A stretch of DNA of 64,000 nt. Source: Terriglobia bacterium (GTDB lineage: Bacteria; Acidobacteriota; Terriglobia; JAJPHL01). A program made the position numbers and the translations under genes. How positions within the stretch are numbered: the stretch's first letter is position 1; every line of letters starts with the position of its first letter. The notes under the pieces were generated by a model, which saw only the letters and a program-made list of their open reading frames with translations, did not search any database and was not told the DNA's origin. The DNA lies in contig CAVVEL010000009.1 of assembly GCA_963747095.1 (NCBI GenBank), forward strand, positions 202,868-266,867, in the 5' to 3' direction. Positions 1 through 12,601 of the stretch are shown here, piece by piece.

Positions 1-1299
1 TTGCGCTTCGGCGGTGGTATCGATCTGGTCGTGGATCACGGTGTCGATATCGTCTCTTTCCGGCAAATAACGGTTGACCATCGCGCCGGTCACTTCACTC
101 TTGTAAGGACCGTTCTTCAGCGAGTGATAAACCAGCGGCCGGCTCTTGTCGCTGACTTTACCCGCCAGGTAAACCGGCGCGGCGGCACGATCGCCGGCGC
201 GCGCCGCCATCTGCGCGTCGGACTCGCGCACGGCGCGGCGCAACGCTTCGGGATCGCGCAGGATCGCTTCGATGGAGTGGCGCATGATGTCGTAATGCGC
301 CCAGGCGCGCGTCTTGGCGGCCTTCAGGCTGTGCGATTCCACCAACAGCGACGGCCGGTTGTGCACCGCAACATAAAGATGCGAGTAGCGCGGCGAAAAT
401 ACTTCCATGTAAAATTCGCGCTTGCCGCTCGCCGCGCCCCGTAAAGCACCGTAAGGCGCCACCAGATGTCCGTCGGCCTCCATACGGCGATTCAACTCCG
501 GAACAAATTGGTCATTTACCCAGGCGCGCGCCGGCTCCGCCAGATCCTGATTGCGGGCCATGTCCCAGGTGACGTCGTACTGGAAGTCGGCGCCGTCGGT
601 GACGTGATTATCGATGTGGAAATCGGGATTCCAGGCGTTGAACAAGCGCAGCCATGCGCGCATCTCCGGCGTGTCGGCCTTGATGTAATCGCGATTCAGG
701 TTTAAACGCTCGGCGTTGGCGCGCAGTCCCGTGGATTTGGGGCCGTTCTGCTGCACGCGATGATAAGGGCTGAAATACTCGTGGCCATCCACGTTGAACA
801 CGGGAACGATCACAAAAATGCATTTGTCCAGCCAGGCCGGGAAGCGCTTGCTGACGGTCATGTCGCGGACCAGCATCAACACGGTGTCCTTGCCTTCGAT
901 TTCCCCGGCGTGGATGCCGCTTTGAATCAAGATCACCACTTTGCCGGTCCGCGCTGCGGCCTGCGGAGTGAAGGCGCGATCCTTGGACACGATCAACGCG
1001 ATCAAGGGACGGCCTTCCGGCGTAGTGCCGATCGTTTGTACCCGGACGAAGCGCGAGGCGCGTTCCAGACGGTGGGATATTTCCAGCGCCTCGGCGTACG
1101 GAGCGGTCTCGTTCCAATCGGTTTTCTCGCCGGTGGTGAGCAGGTTCGGCGGCGAGGCTTTGGTGCTGGCGGCCAGCGAAGCGGCGGCTTTCGCCGCGGG
1201 CGGTTCCATGCCGGAATGCGGACCAATCGGTTCTTGGGCGCGCGAAAGTCCGGCGCTAGTCAGTAGCAGTGCGACACAAGCAATGAAGTGGCGAGCCAC
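1..1299 (-). CDS. M14 family zinc carboxypeptidase, secreted (partial, runs off the left edge of the window)
   Basis: Absent from the ORF track because there is no stop in the window. Manual translation from GTG at 1299 (GGGAGG upstream) gives a signal-like N-terminus, then TIGTTPEGRPL and the zinc-ligand motif IQSGIHAGEIEGKD. Confidence 0.85.
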   Translation of the reverse strand, partial: MARHFIACVALLLTSAGLSRAQEPIGPHSGMEPPAAKAAASLAASTKASPPNLLTTGEKTDWNETAPYAEALEISHRLERASRFVRVQTIGTTPEGRPLIALIVSKDRAFTPQAAARTGKVVILIQSGIHAGEIEGKDTVLMLVRDMTVSKRFPAWLDKCIFVIVPVFNVDGHEYFSPYHRVQQNGPKSTGLRANAERLNLNRDYIKADTPEMRAWLRLFNAWNPDFHIDNHVTDGADFQYDVTWDMARNQDLAEPARAWVNDQFVPELNRRMEADGHLVAPYGALRGAASGKREFYMEVFSPRYSHLYVAVHNRPSLLVESHSLKAAKTRAWAHYDIMRHSIEAILRDPEALRRAVRESDAQMAARAGDRAAAPVYLAGKVSDKSRPLVYHSLKNGPYKSEVTGAMVNRYLPERDDIDTVIHDQIDTTAEAQ

Positions 1300-1478
1300 G
1301 CTTCCCTCCCGGGCGCACCGGCTCGATGCCAGTACAGCCAAGGCCGCCAATGTAGCACAATCTTCCTGTATGGGAAGCACGAGTTGGCATCCCGTCGCAT
1401 CCCGTCCAGGCCGGCGTTCTTCGCGCCAGCCTGGTTCGAGCTAAGCCGAAAACAAACGGGAGGATACGACTGGCCGAG

Positions 1479-1676
1479 CTACTCAGGCTCGCGCCGGTTT
1501 TTCTTGCGGTTACGTTTGCGGGCCAGGGCCGCTTTCACCCTGCGCTTCTCACCCGGTTTCAGATAGTACGAGTGCCGCTTCACTTCTTTGATGATGTCCT
1601 CTTGCTGGACCTTCCTCTTGAAGCGACGCAAAGCATTCTCGAGGGACTCACCCTCTTGAAGCCGTACTTCAGCCAC
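1479..1676 (-). CDS. rpsU: 30S ribosomal protein S21
   Basis: AEVRLQEGESLENALRRFKRKVQQEDIIKEVKRHSYYLKP; GTG start after a G-rich RBS. Confidence 0.97.
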   Translation of the reverse strand: MAEVRLQEGESLENALRRFKRKVQQEDIIKEVKRHSYYLKPGEKRRVKAALARKRNRKKNRREPE

Positions 1677-1746
1677 TTGAAATCCACCCCCCTTTGCGTT
1701 CCACAAAAGCTCCTAAACAGGTTCAAAGTAATTATAGCAGGATAAC

Positions 1747-1841
1747 CTTGGTGTTGTCAGAACCGTCCGCGGTAGCGGATGGGTCCTCGTCGGCAAGAGC
1801 GAGACCCATCCGCTACCGCGGACGGTTCTGACAACACCAAG
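1747..1841. repeat. REP-like doublet, family R1 (39-bp perfect inverted repeat)
   Basis: CTTGGTGTTGTCAGAACCGTCCGCGGTAGCGGATGGGTC and its exact reverse complement at 1803-1841; the same arms recur at 10942-11031. Confidence 0.9.
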
Positions 1842-1907
1842 AACCACGTCTTCCTCTATTCTGAAACCGTCTCTTCCCGGTGCTTTTGCGATAGACTGAG
1901 GTGGTCC

Positions 1908-4497
<2,590 letters not shown>

Positions 4498-4498
4498 A

Positions 4499-6052
4499 AT
4501 GCCCCGACCGAAACCAGTTGTTCTCTGCATTCTCGACGGCTGGGGCTACAACCCCAGCACGCAAGGCAACGCCATCGCCATGGCGCGCAAGCCCAACATG
4601 GACAAATTGGCGGCCGAGTATCCACATACGCTGATCCATACCTCCGGACCCTACGTGGGTCTGCCAGAGGGCCAAATGGGCAACAGCGAAGTGGGCCACC
4701 TCAACATGGGCGCGGGCCGCATCATTCACATGGACATCACGCGCCTGGACCTGGAAATCGCCAACGGTGAATTTTTTCGCGAGCCGCTGCTGCTGCAAGC
4801 GATGGAGCGCGGACGCGCCAATCAGCTTCACTTGATCGGGTTGGTCAGTGATGGGGGCGTGCATTCTCATAACACGCATCTCTACGCGCTGCTGCGCATG
4901 GCCGCGGAACACCAGGTGGAGCGTGTCTTCGTACACGCCTTCATGGACGGCCGCGACACGCCGCCGCAAAGCGGCGCGGCGTTTCTCACAGCGCTGGAAG
5001 CGGAAATGCGCCGCTACGGCGCGGCGACCCATCAAGCAAAGATCGCCACGGTCTGTGGACGCTACTATGCCATGGATCGCGATAAACGATGGGAGCGCAC
5101 CGAGCGCGCCTATCGCGCGCTGGTGCTCGGCGAAGGCCGCCAGGCGACGTCCGCGGTGGACGCTGCCAAGCAAAGCTACGAGCACGGCGTCACCGACGAG
5201 TTCATCGAACCTGTGGTCATCACCACGCCCGCGGGCGAGCCGCTCACGCGAGTCCACGACGACGACGCGGTGGTGTTCTTCAACTTCCGCGCCGATCGCG
5301 CGCGGCAAATGACCAGCGCGCTGGTGGGTCCCACCCTCGGTGGCGTGGACCTGCCGGGCGGCGCGCTCGTGCGCCAGCGTCTGCTGATGGTCATGATGAC
5401 ACAATACAATAAGGCGCTGACCGTTCCTTTCGTCCTGCCGCCGCAATCGCCATCCAACATCCTGGCCAACGTCCTGGCTGCGAATCACTTTCGCAACATG
5501 CGCATCGCCGAGACGGAAAAGTACGCGCACGTGACCTATTTTTTCAATGGCGGCAACGAAAAACCCTATCCCGGCGAGGAGCGCGTTATGATTCAGTCGC
5601 CCAAAGTGGCCACCTACGACCTGATGCCGGAAATGAGCGCGGCCGGCGTAGCCGAGGCCGCGGTGAAAGCCGTGGATGGCGGCGAAATGGATTGCCTGGT
5701 GATGAACTTCGCCAACGCCGACATGGTGGGACACTCCGGCAAGATCCCGCCGACAATCAAGGCCGTGGAAACCGTGGACGGCTGCGTCGGCGGCGTCTAC
5801 GACGCGGTGCGCCGCGCGGGCGGCGCGCTGATCGTGACCGCCGATCACGGCAACGCCGAGTTGATGATCGATCCGGTGACCGGCGGTCCGCACACTTATC
5901 ACACCACCAATCCAGTGCCGCTGGTGTTGGTTTCGGACGGGAAGCGGCACCTGCGCAACGACGGCTCGCTGCGCGATCTAGCGCCGACCATGCTGGCCTT
6001 GATGGGTTTGCCGCAACCGGTGGAAATGACGGGGAGGGACATCCGTGTTTGA
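4499..6052 (+). CDS. gpmI: 2,3-bisphosphoglycerate-independent phosphoglycerate mutase
   Basis: [30 protein letters not shown] and TADHGNAE motifs; ATG 1 nt after the eno stop. Confidence 0.98.
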   Translation: MPRPKPVVLCILDGWGYNPSTQGNAIAMARKPNMDKLAAEYPHTLIHTSGPYVGLPEGQMGNSEVGHLNMGAGRIIHMDITRLDLEIANGEFFREPLLLQAMERGRANQLHLIGLVSDGGVHSHNTHLYALLRMAAEHQVERVFVHAFMDGRDTPPQSGAAFLTALEAEMRRYGAATHQAKIATVCGRYYAMDRDKRWERTERAYRALVLGEGRQATSAVDAAKQSYEHGVTDEFIEPVVITTPAGEPLTRVHDDDAVVFFNFRADRARQMTSALVGPTLGGVDLPGGALVRQRLLMVMMTQYNKALTVPFVLPPQSPSNILANVLAANHFRNMRIAETEKYAHVTYFFNGGNEKPYPGEERVMIQSPKVATYDLMPEMSAAGVAEAAVKAVDGGEMDCLVMNFANADMVGHSGKIPPTIKAVETVDGCVGGVYDAVRRAGGALIVTADHGNAELMIDPVTGGPHTYHTTNPVPLVLVSDGKRHLRNDGSLRDLAPTMLALMGLPQPVEMTGRDIRV

Positions 6053-6095
6053 TCGAACTGGCTCACGCCGCGGAAGAGCGCCGGAAACGAAAAGG

Positions 6096-6428
6096 ATGGT
6101 TCCGCGACCGCATCCATCCTCTATTCCGGTGGTACTCACGAAATCGCAGGAAAAACGCATTCAAGAGTTGATCCGCCAGGTTCATGAAAAACGTCTAGGC
6201 GATTCTCTGGCGCAAGTAGAGCAAGCGATCCTGGATTGGCGCGAGGGCGCCCTGCCGATCATGAAAGTAGACGACGTGATCCGCCAGCATGCCCAGCGGG
6301 CCGCGCGCTATTTCTCGCGCTACGCCAACACTGCGGCACGCGACCGGGAAGCCATGGGTGTGCTGGACGAAGCCAAGGATCTCGGGCTGCTCAGTGAGGA
6401 TCAGTACCGGGATCTGACGCGAGCCTAA
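6096..6428 (+). CDS. hypothetical helical protein
   Basis: Plausible composition; follows gpmI on the same strand; start uncertain. Confidence 0.6.
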   Translation: MVPRPHPSSIPVVLTKSQEKRIQELIRQVHEKRLGDSLAQVEQAILDWREGALPIMKVDDVIRQHAQRAARYFSRYANTAARDREAMGVLDEAKDLGLLSEDQYRDLTRA

Positions 6429-6434
6429 CGCAAG

Positions 6435-6515
6435 AGCAACCGCCGATAAACGCCGATGAACGCCGATAGGATCTTCGTTCTTATCGGCGTTCATCGGCGT
6501 TTATCGGCGGTTGCT
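6435..6515. repeat. hairpin element of 10-nt tandem units (AACGCCGATR x3, inverted)
   Basis: 34-bp perfect inverted repeat (6435-6468 / 6482-6515) between convergent genes; the same element, loop reversed, is at 34779-34857. Confidence 0.9.
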
Positions 6516-6548
6516 TTGTTCCGTGTCCTTCCGTGTTCCAATTAATCC

Positions 6549-8527
6549 TTACAACTCGAGTACCCGCAACTCCTTGATCCGGTCCCGCAACGCCGCGGCC
6601 TTTTCGAACTCAAACTGCTTGGCGGCTTCGCGCATCTGCTTTTCCAGATCCGCGATCACCGCATCGCGCTGCTGCGTTGTCGCGATGTCGGCGTCCGGTA
6701 CGTCCAGCGATACGGTGACGTAATCGCCTTCCGCCACCGCGATCAGGCTCATGTCGATGGGCCGGATGATAGATTCCGGGGTAATTCCGTTCTCCGCGTT
6801 GTAGGCCAACTGCTTGTCGCGGCGGCGCGTGGTTTCCTCAATGGCGTGCTCCATCGAGCCGGTCCTGCGGTCGGCGTAGAGAATGGCGCGGCCATTGATG
6901 TGGCGCGCGGCGCGGCCCATGGTTTGAATCAGCGAGCCCTGCGAGCGCAGAAACCCCTCCTTGTCGGCGTCCAGAATGGCCACCAGCGAAACTTCCGGCA
7001 AGTCCAGCCCTTCGCGCAATAAGTTGATGCCGATCAGCGCGTCGAACTCGCCCCGCCGCAAATCGCGCAAGATCTTGATGCGGTCGAGCACCTCGACTTC
7101 GGAATGCAGGTAGCGGCAGCGGACTCCCACTTCGGTGTAATACTCGCTTAAATCTTCCGCCATGCGCTTGGTTAGCGTGGTCACCAATACGCGCTCGTTC
7201 TTTTCGGCGCGAAGGCGGATTTCGTTTAGCAAATCGTCCACCTGGCCCTTCACCGGGCGAATCTCCACTTGGGGATCCACCAGGCCTGTGGGACGGATGA
7301 TCTGCTCCGTATAAACGCCCGCGGTTTTCGTCAGCTCATACGGACCGGGCGTGGCCGAGACGTAGATCACCTGATTCACACGGTGCTCGAACTCCTCGAA
7401 GGTCAGCGGACGATTGTCCAGCGCCGAGGGCATGCGGAATCCGAAGGACACCAGGTTTTCTTTGCGGGAACGGTCGCCGGCATACATGCCGCGAAGCTGC
7501 GGCACGGTCTGATGGCTTTCGTCGATGAACATCAGGGAATCGCTGCGGCAAATAGTCCAGCAAAGTCGGCGGCGCCTCGCCCGGAAGCCGTCCCGAAAAA
7601 TGGCGCGAGTAATTCTCGATCCCATGGCAGTAACCGATTTCGCGCATCATTTCCAAATCGAACATGGTGCGCTGCGTGCAGGCGCTGCGCTTCCACCAGT
7701 TTGCCCTGGCGCACCAGCTCCGGCTTCCACCACTCCAGTTCCTTCATGATGCTTTCCATGGCCCGGTTGCGGGTGTCCTGATCCATTACGTAGTGGGTCT
7801 TGGGATAGATGGCCAGCCGCAAATATGTTTGCCGCACTTGGCCCAATAGGGGATCCATTTGGGAAAGGCTTTCGATCTGGTCGCCCCACAGTTCGATGCG
7901 ATAGGCGTGTTCGTCGTAAGCGGGATAGACCTCGATGATGTCGCCGCGCACACGAAAACTGCCGCGGCGGAAGTCGGCGTCGTGGCGTTCGTATTGGATG
8001 TCCACCAGGCGGCGCGTGATTTCGCTGCGCGAAATGCGCTGGCCTTTTTCGAGCATCACCAACATGCCGTAATAAGCTTCCGGCGATCCCAAGCCGTAGA
8101 TGCAAGAGACGCTGGCCACGATCACGCAGTCGCGCCGCTCGAACAGCGAGCGCGTGGCCGAGAGGCGCAGGCGGTCCAGTTCCTCGTTGATGGTGGCTTC
8201 CTTCTCGATGTAAGTGTCGCTGGCGGGGATGTAGGCTTCGGGCTGATAGTAATCGTAGTAGCTGACGAAGTATTCCACCGCGTTGTTGGGGAAGAACGAT
8301 CTGAATTCATGGTAAAGCTGCGCGGCCAAGGTTTTGTTGTGGGCCAGCACCAGCGTGGGACGTCCCACTTCCTCGATGACCTTGGCCATGGTGTATGTTT
8401 TTCCCGAGCCGGTGACGCCCAGCAACACCTGGTGTTGCTCAGCGTCGCGCACGCCGCGGATCAGTTGCGGGATGGCGGTCAGTTGGTCGCCGCAGGGGCG
8501 ATAGTCGCACTGGAGTTGGAATTCCAT
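6549..8527 (-). CDS. uvrB: excinuclease ABC subunit B, split by two +1 frameshifts (near 7675 and 7545)
   Basis: Three consecutive frames join into full UvrB: GVTGSGKT, then [22 protein letters not shown], then [23 protein letters not shown] and the C-terminal UVR motif [11 protein letters not shown]. Confidence 0.95.
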
Positions 8528-8530
8528 GGG

Positions 8531-9043
8531 TCAGTTTGTGGGATCGCCTGGCGTGTTTCGCTGGTCGAGCTTGCGCTTCTCGGATAGGGTCGCGCGTAAC
8601 GTCGGCAGGGCTGCTCGGTCCTTATCGCGGCCGAGCCGCTCCTTTAGTTCTACGTATTTCTCCAGGCTCAGCGTCCTGACGATAAGACCATCAATTTCCA
8701 CTGATTGTGAATCGCCAGCCAGGCCTTCATAGGTCAGGCCATCCCCAATCGCTCCAAGTATGTCGAGGCGACCGAACCGGGTGGCCAACAGTTGGTGACC
8801 AAGCGTTGATAAGTGCGATTCATTAGGGACCAGCTTCTTGTCGGAACGCAGTCGAAACCAAGCGTCCAATTCCCGGAGGGCCTTGAGAAGACGGATCAGA
8901 TTCTCGGGCTCGCGCGAATGTACAACGTCCACGTCCATCGTGTTGATTGGCGCTCCCTGGACAATCGCACCGAAACCACCCACGAGGATGAACTCCACGT
9001 CGTGCTTGGCCAGGACGCGCAGTATCTCTACAGGGTCAAACAT
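8531..9043 (-). CDS. nucleotidyltransferase-fold protein
   Basis: FILVGGFGAIVQG...TMDVDV pol-beta-type motif and a GRDKDR tail; overlaps the small upstream gene by 8 nt. Confidence 0.8.
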   Translation of the reverse strand: MFDPVEILRVLAKHDVEFILVGGFGAIVQGAPINTMDVDVVHSREPENLIRLLKALRELDAWFRLRSDKKLVPNESHLSTLGHQLLATRFGRLDILGAIGDGLTYEGLAGDSQSVEIDGLIVRTLSLEKYVELKERLGRDKDRAALPTLRATLSEKRKLDQRNTPGDPTN

Positions 9044-9248
9044 GAAAGATCCGGTCGAGCCGGCTCAAAGTGAAGCGTGCCAGCACAGTTGCGGATTGCA
9101 CGCGCTCGGTCGGCGTAAGCGCAAGGAAGTCGCGAATGAAGGAGAGATCCACTCCCTCCTCGTTGTAGACCGGCTCGCCGTCTTCGAACCGAAGATCCTC
9201 CGGCATCCCGTGCAGCGTCTTGTCCAGTTCGGGTGGAAACGGCTCCAT
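9036..9248 (-). CDS. small partner protein of the nucleotidyltransferase (putative antitoxin-like)
   Basis: 70 aa containing GVDLSFIRDFLALTPTER; TATAAT a few nt upstream of the ATG; translationally coupled to the next gene. Confidence 0.7.
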   Translation of the reverse strand: MEPFPPELDKTLHGMPEDLRFEDGEPVYNEEGVDLSFIRDFLALTPTERVQSATVLARFTLSRLDRIFHV

Positions 9249-9287
9249 GATCCAATTATACTCCTGCTGTCTCTCCCCACGGCGGAC

Positions 9288-9581
9288 CTACTTCACGAAA
9301 GACCCGGTGGGTTCTTCAGTCGGATCGGCCATCTCGCGGTTGAACACGTCCCGAATCCCTTTTAGCGTCGAGTCAGCTCGTCCCCCGCTCGTCACGAAGG
9401 GCGTTCGCCACATTACGAGCCGCGTCGGCGAGGACAATTCCCCAAGCCCAAGAATTCTCCCAAGTGGTTGGTCGAAGAGCGCAGACCAATCCGCCGTTAG
9501 CCACCAGGCACGGAGAATCTCGTTAGCATTGGGATCAGTGTTCACCTCTCGGGGAACGTCAAGATCTCTGGGGTTTGTCAT
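9288..9581 (-). pseudogene. DUF5076-like protein with internal compensating frameshifts
   Basis: Shifting frame after EILRAW gives VANGGLVCALRPTTWENSWAWGIVLADAARNVANAL, rejoining IRDVFNREMADPTEEPTG; family recognised from memory. Confidence 0.55.
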
Positions 9582-9614
9582 ATAGGCTGCTCTTTCTTGC
9601 TGTCATCCTTGCTG

Positions 9615-9752
9615 TCATCCGATGGGGCCTGCGGGTCGTTGTACCGGAACTGGCTTGTCCCATGCCGTATCGTCCTCCGCTTGGGCGATGACTCGCTCGT
9701 CTACTTCCTGCTCAAACAGTTCCTTCTTCCTCGGTTTGACATTGCGTCCCAT
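9615..9752 (-). CDS. short antitoxin-like peptide, possibly truncated
   Basis: 45 aa MGRNVKPRKKELFEQEVDERVIAQAEDDTAWDKPV; TACAAT upstream. Confidence 0.45.
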   Translation of the reverse strand: MGRNVKPRKKELFEQEVDERVIAQAEDDTAWDKPVPVQRPAGPIG

Positions 9753-9867
9753 AATTGACGATTGTACAGCTTCCCAGCCGGCCGCCACCCTAGTCCTAGT
9801 CCGGACATTTGTCCACCCAAGCCCATAATGTGGTAGATTCAATAACGCCCTCCGGAAGGGAGTTCCT

Positions 9868-10878
9868 CTGGCTACCGACACCTCTCCGACATCCGATCTG
9901 GTCAAGCGCCTGGAAGCCGCGATTGCCGGCTGGGGATTCGCCCTCGGCTCCGCGGCCGTCACTTCCGCCGATGTGGACCGGCAATTCGGACTGAGCGAAG
10001 GCACGCTTAACCGCAAGACCGGGATCGAATCCCTGGCCCGCGCTCAGGAAGGCGACAGCGAGGTGACCTTGGCACGCGAGGCCTGCCAGGCCGCCGCCGG
10101 CGGCTCTTTCGGCGTGGTGGATTTGCTGCTGGCAACCAGCGAGACCAACGTGGGACATCCGGCCCTGGCCGCGGCGTTGCACGAGCAACTCGATCTGCCT
10201 TCCACCTGCGCGGCCATGGACATCGGAGGCGCCTGCGCGGGTCTGCTGCACGCCTTCTCGGTGGCCAAGGCCATGCTCTCTTCGGGGTTACGGAAGGCCG
10301 TTCTGGTCGTCGCGTCGGAAGTGCATAGCCGTTGGTTCACGCCGGAAAAAGTCACCTGGAAGCTGGGCGCGCTGTTTGGAGACGGCGCTTGCGCTTTCCT
10401 TTTGCGAGCGGTTGACGACGCCCCGGCCACCGCGTTCCGCCTGGGCGAGTTCACCTTCGGCTGCGATACTTCCTTCGCCGATACCATCCGCGTGAACCTG
10501 AAAGACCATGAGAGCGAAGAACTGGCCGTGGACTTCCGCGGCATGGCCCTGGCCGACGTGGTGCTGAGCCTGATGGCGCAAATCGCCACCGATTTTGAGG
10601 CGCGCATCCACACGGCGCGCGCCGATTTCGCGGCCTACGCCATCCATCAGCCCAATCCCCGGCTGGTGGAGATTTTCGCCCGCCAGACCGGCGTGCCCCT
10701 CGATAAAATCCCGGAAGTGGCGCGCACCGCCGGCAATCTGGGATCGGCTACCTGCGGCGTAAGCTTGTGCCACATCCTCTCGGCGCTCAGTCTGGAAGAA
10801 CATCCCGGCCCGGTGCTGATGGCCTCCGTGGGTCCCGGCTTACAGTGGGCGGCCACCTGCCTGCAATCGCATTCCTGA
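9868..10878 (+). CDS. 3-oxoacyl-ACP synthase III (FabH-like)
   Basis: Cys-His-Asn triad (GGACAG, HQPN, GNLGSA) and LFGDGA; frame open upstream of the track start to a CTG after GGAAGGGAG (start inferred). Confidence 0.88.
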   Translation: MATDTSPTSDLVKRLEAAIAGWGFALGSAAVTSADVDRQFGLSEGTLNRKTGIESLARAQEGDSEVTLAREACQAAAGGSFGVVDLLLATSETNVGHPALAAALHEQLDLPSTCAAMDIGGACAGLLHAFSVAKAMLSSGLRKAVLVVASEVHSRWFTPEKVTWKLGALFGDGACAFLLRAVDDAPATAFRLGEFTFGCDTSFADTIRVNLKDHESEELAVDFRGMALADVVLSLMAQIATDFEARIHTARADFAAYAIHQPNPRLVEIFARQTGVPLDKIPEVARTAGNLGSATCGVSLCHILSALSLEEHPGPVLMASVGPGLQWAATCLQSHS

Positions 10879-10916
10879 GACGATTCCTTGCTGGTCCTGG
10901 GCCACTCGGGCCAGGC

Positions 10917-11064
10917 GGCAGTGGCTCAGTTTGAGGATGACGTGTTGTCAGAACCGTCCGCGGTAGCGGATGGGTCACACTCTCATGGACGGGCGGGACC
11001 CACCTGCTACCGCAGGCGGTTCTGACAACACATACCCGCCCTACGATCAAACTGAGCCACTACT
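10917..11064. mobile_element. MITE-like element enclosing an R1 REP doublet
   Basis: Ends GGCAGTGGCTCAGTTTGA / TCAAACTGAGCCACTACT resemble those at 49514-50022; R1 arms at 10942-10976 and 10997-11031. Confidence 0.75.
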
Positions 11065-11111
11065 GCTTTGCTAACTCCGTCAACTCCGATAGAATATAGG
11101 TAACGGCAAGG

Positions 11112-12065
11112 ATGAATGCCATCGTCCATTATCGTATGAGGCCGCGGATAACCAGAGCCGCTGCGCTGCTCCTGGCGGCGCTTTCCGTCGTCCGCGTTGC
11201 CGCGCAAACACCCACTTTCAGTTCGCTGACCCAACTGGTGCCGCTGTATGCCACGGTGATGGATAAGCACAAGAACTCGGTAACCACCCTGGGCAAGGAA
11301 AACTTCAAGGTTTACGAAGATAATGTCGTGCAGAACCTGACCTATTTCCGCCGGGAGGACGTCCCCGTTTCCATATGCATCGTGGTGGACAACAGCGGCA
11401 GCATGCGGGAGAAACGCTTGCGCGTGGCGGCCGCGGCCATGACCTTCGTGAAAACGTCCAACCCCCAGGACGAGGTCTGCATCGTCAACTTCAACGAGGA
11501 CTATTATCTGGACCGCGATTTCACCAGCAATCCCGACGATCTGAAAGACGCGCTGGAGAAAATCGACTCCCGCGGCGGCACGGCCTTCTACGACTCCTTG
11601 ATCGCCTCCCTCGATCATCTGAAAGACGGCGGGAAAAAAGCCAAGAAGGTGCTGCTGGTGATCACCGACGGCGTGGACAACGCCAGCCGCTCCACGCTGG
11701 AACAAACCGTGCGGGCGGCGCACGAATCCGAAGTGGTGATCTACACCATCGGGCTGTTCAGCGACGAACGCGGCCGCGATCTGACCCGGGCCAAGCACGC
11801 TTTGAACATGATCTCGGAAGCCAGCGGCGGCGTGGCCTTTTTCCCCAATGAAGTGCGCGAGGTGGAAGCGATCGCCACGCAGGTGGCGCACGACATTCGT
11901 AATCAATACGTGCTGGGCTATGTCCCGGCGGAATCCGAGGAAGGACGTTTCCACGCCATCCGCGTGGTGGCGGAAGCCCGCGGCCTGGACAAACTTACGG
12001 TGCGCACGCGCACCGGCTACTACACGCCCAAAAAGCAACCCGCGCCTTCCAAGGACTCCAAGTGA
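11112..12065 (+). CDS. VWA domain protein, acidobacterial type
   Basis: Signal peptide, MIDAS motif DNSGSM, GGTAFYD, ITDGVDNAS, QYVLGY and VRTRTGYY. Confidence 0.92.
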   Translation: MNAIVHYRMRPRITRAAALLLAALSVVRVAAQTPTFSSLTQLVPLYATVMDKHKNSVTTLGKENFKVYEDNVVQNLTYFRREDVPVSICIVVDNSGSMREKRLRVAAAAMTFVKTSNPQDEVCIVNFNEDYYLDRDFTSNPDDLKDALEKIDSRGGTAFYDSLIASLDHLKDGGKKAKKVLLVITDGVDNASRSTLEQTVRAAHESEVVIYTIGLFSDERGRDLTRAKHALNMISEASGGVAFFPNEVREVEAIATQVAHDIRNQYVLGYVPAESEEGRFHAIRVVAEARGLDKLTVRTRTGYYTPKKQPAPSKDSK

Positions 12066-12099
12066 AAATCGGGAGGCGAACTTCGCCTGGATGGCGCCA

Positions 12100-12336
12100 A
12101 TGAGTGCCGCGCTGCGTTTCCTGTGGGTGTCCACTCGCGGCTACCGGCTTGGTCCCTGGCGAAGCCCCTTCTTGCGATGGAGGATTGAAACTTACTCCGG
12201 CCTGCCGGCCTCGAAAGTGGACTTTGCGGCGTTCTGGAAATTCGTGTGGATGGAGCGGCAACGGCTGGGGCGGTTCTTGGGATGGACCTCGGAGATGGCA
12301 GGGTGGGAAATCAAGAGCCGGGCCGGAATCAGATAA
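12100..12336 (+). CDS. small hypothetical protein
   Basis: Trp/Arg-rich RGYRLGPWRSPFLRWRIETYSG; GGGAGG upstream. Confidence 0.7.
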   Translation: MSAALRFLWVSTRGYRLGPWRSPFLRWRIETYSGLPASKVDFAAFWKFVWMERQRLGRFLGWTSEMAGWEIKSRAGIR

Positions 12337-12601
12337 ACGCCACCGACTGGACTCCGGACACTTCAATCTTCCGCCGGCAGCGCGGATTCTTGCACATCAC
12401 CACGTCGTCGCGGCGCACCATGTAGGGTTTGGCGGCGGCAAAGCGGCGGCGATCGTCGTCGTTGGCGCGCGGCGAGAGCGAGGCTTTCTTGCGGCGCACT
12501 ACCCAGCGCAGGTCGTAGCTCTCCGACTGCCGGCAGAAAGGGCAGTTCAGCGTGGCTGGCTTGGACTCCTCGGTTTCGTTGAAAAAGTCGCGTTCATCCA
12601 T
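12329..12601 (-). CDS. small zinc-ribbon hypothetical protein
   Basis: MDERDFFNETEE with the CPFC and CKNPRC cysteine pairs. Confidence 0.8.
   Translation of the reverse strand: MDERDFFNETEESKPATLNCPFCRQSESYDLRWVVRRKKASLSPRANDDDRRRFAAAKPYMVRRDDVVMCKNPRCRRKIEVSGVQSVAFI

Noticed and set aside
1-1266. Plus-strand ORFs here, and the many long antisense ORFs elsewhere (for example 4385-5950, 58505-59938)
   Set aside because: Shadow frames of real genes in GC-rich DNA, with no recognisable motifs.
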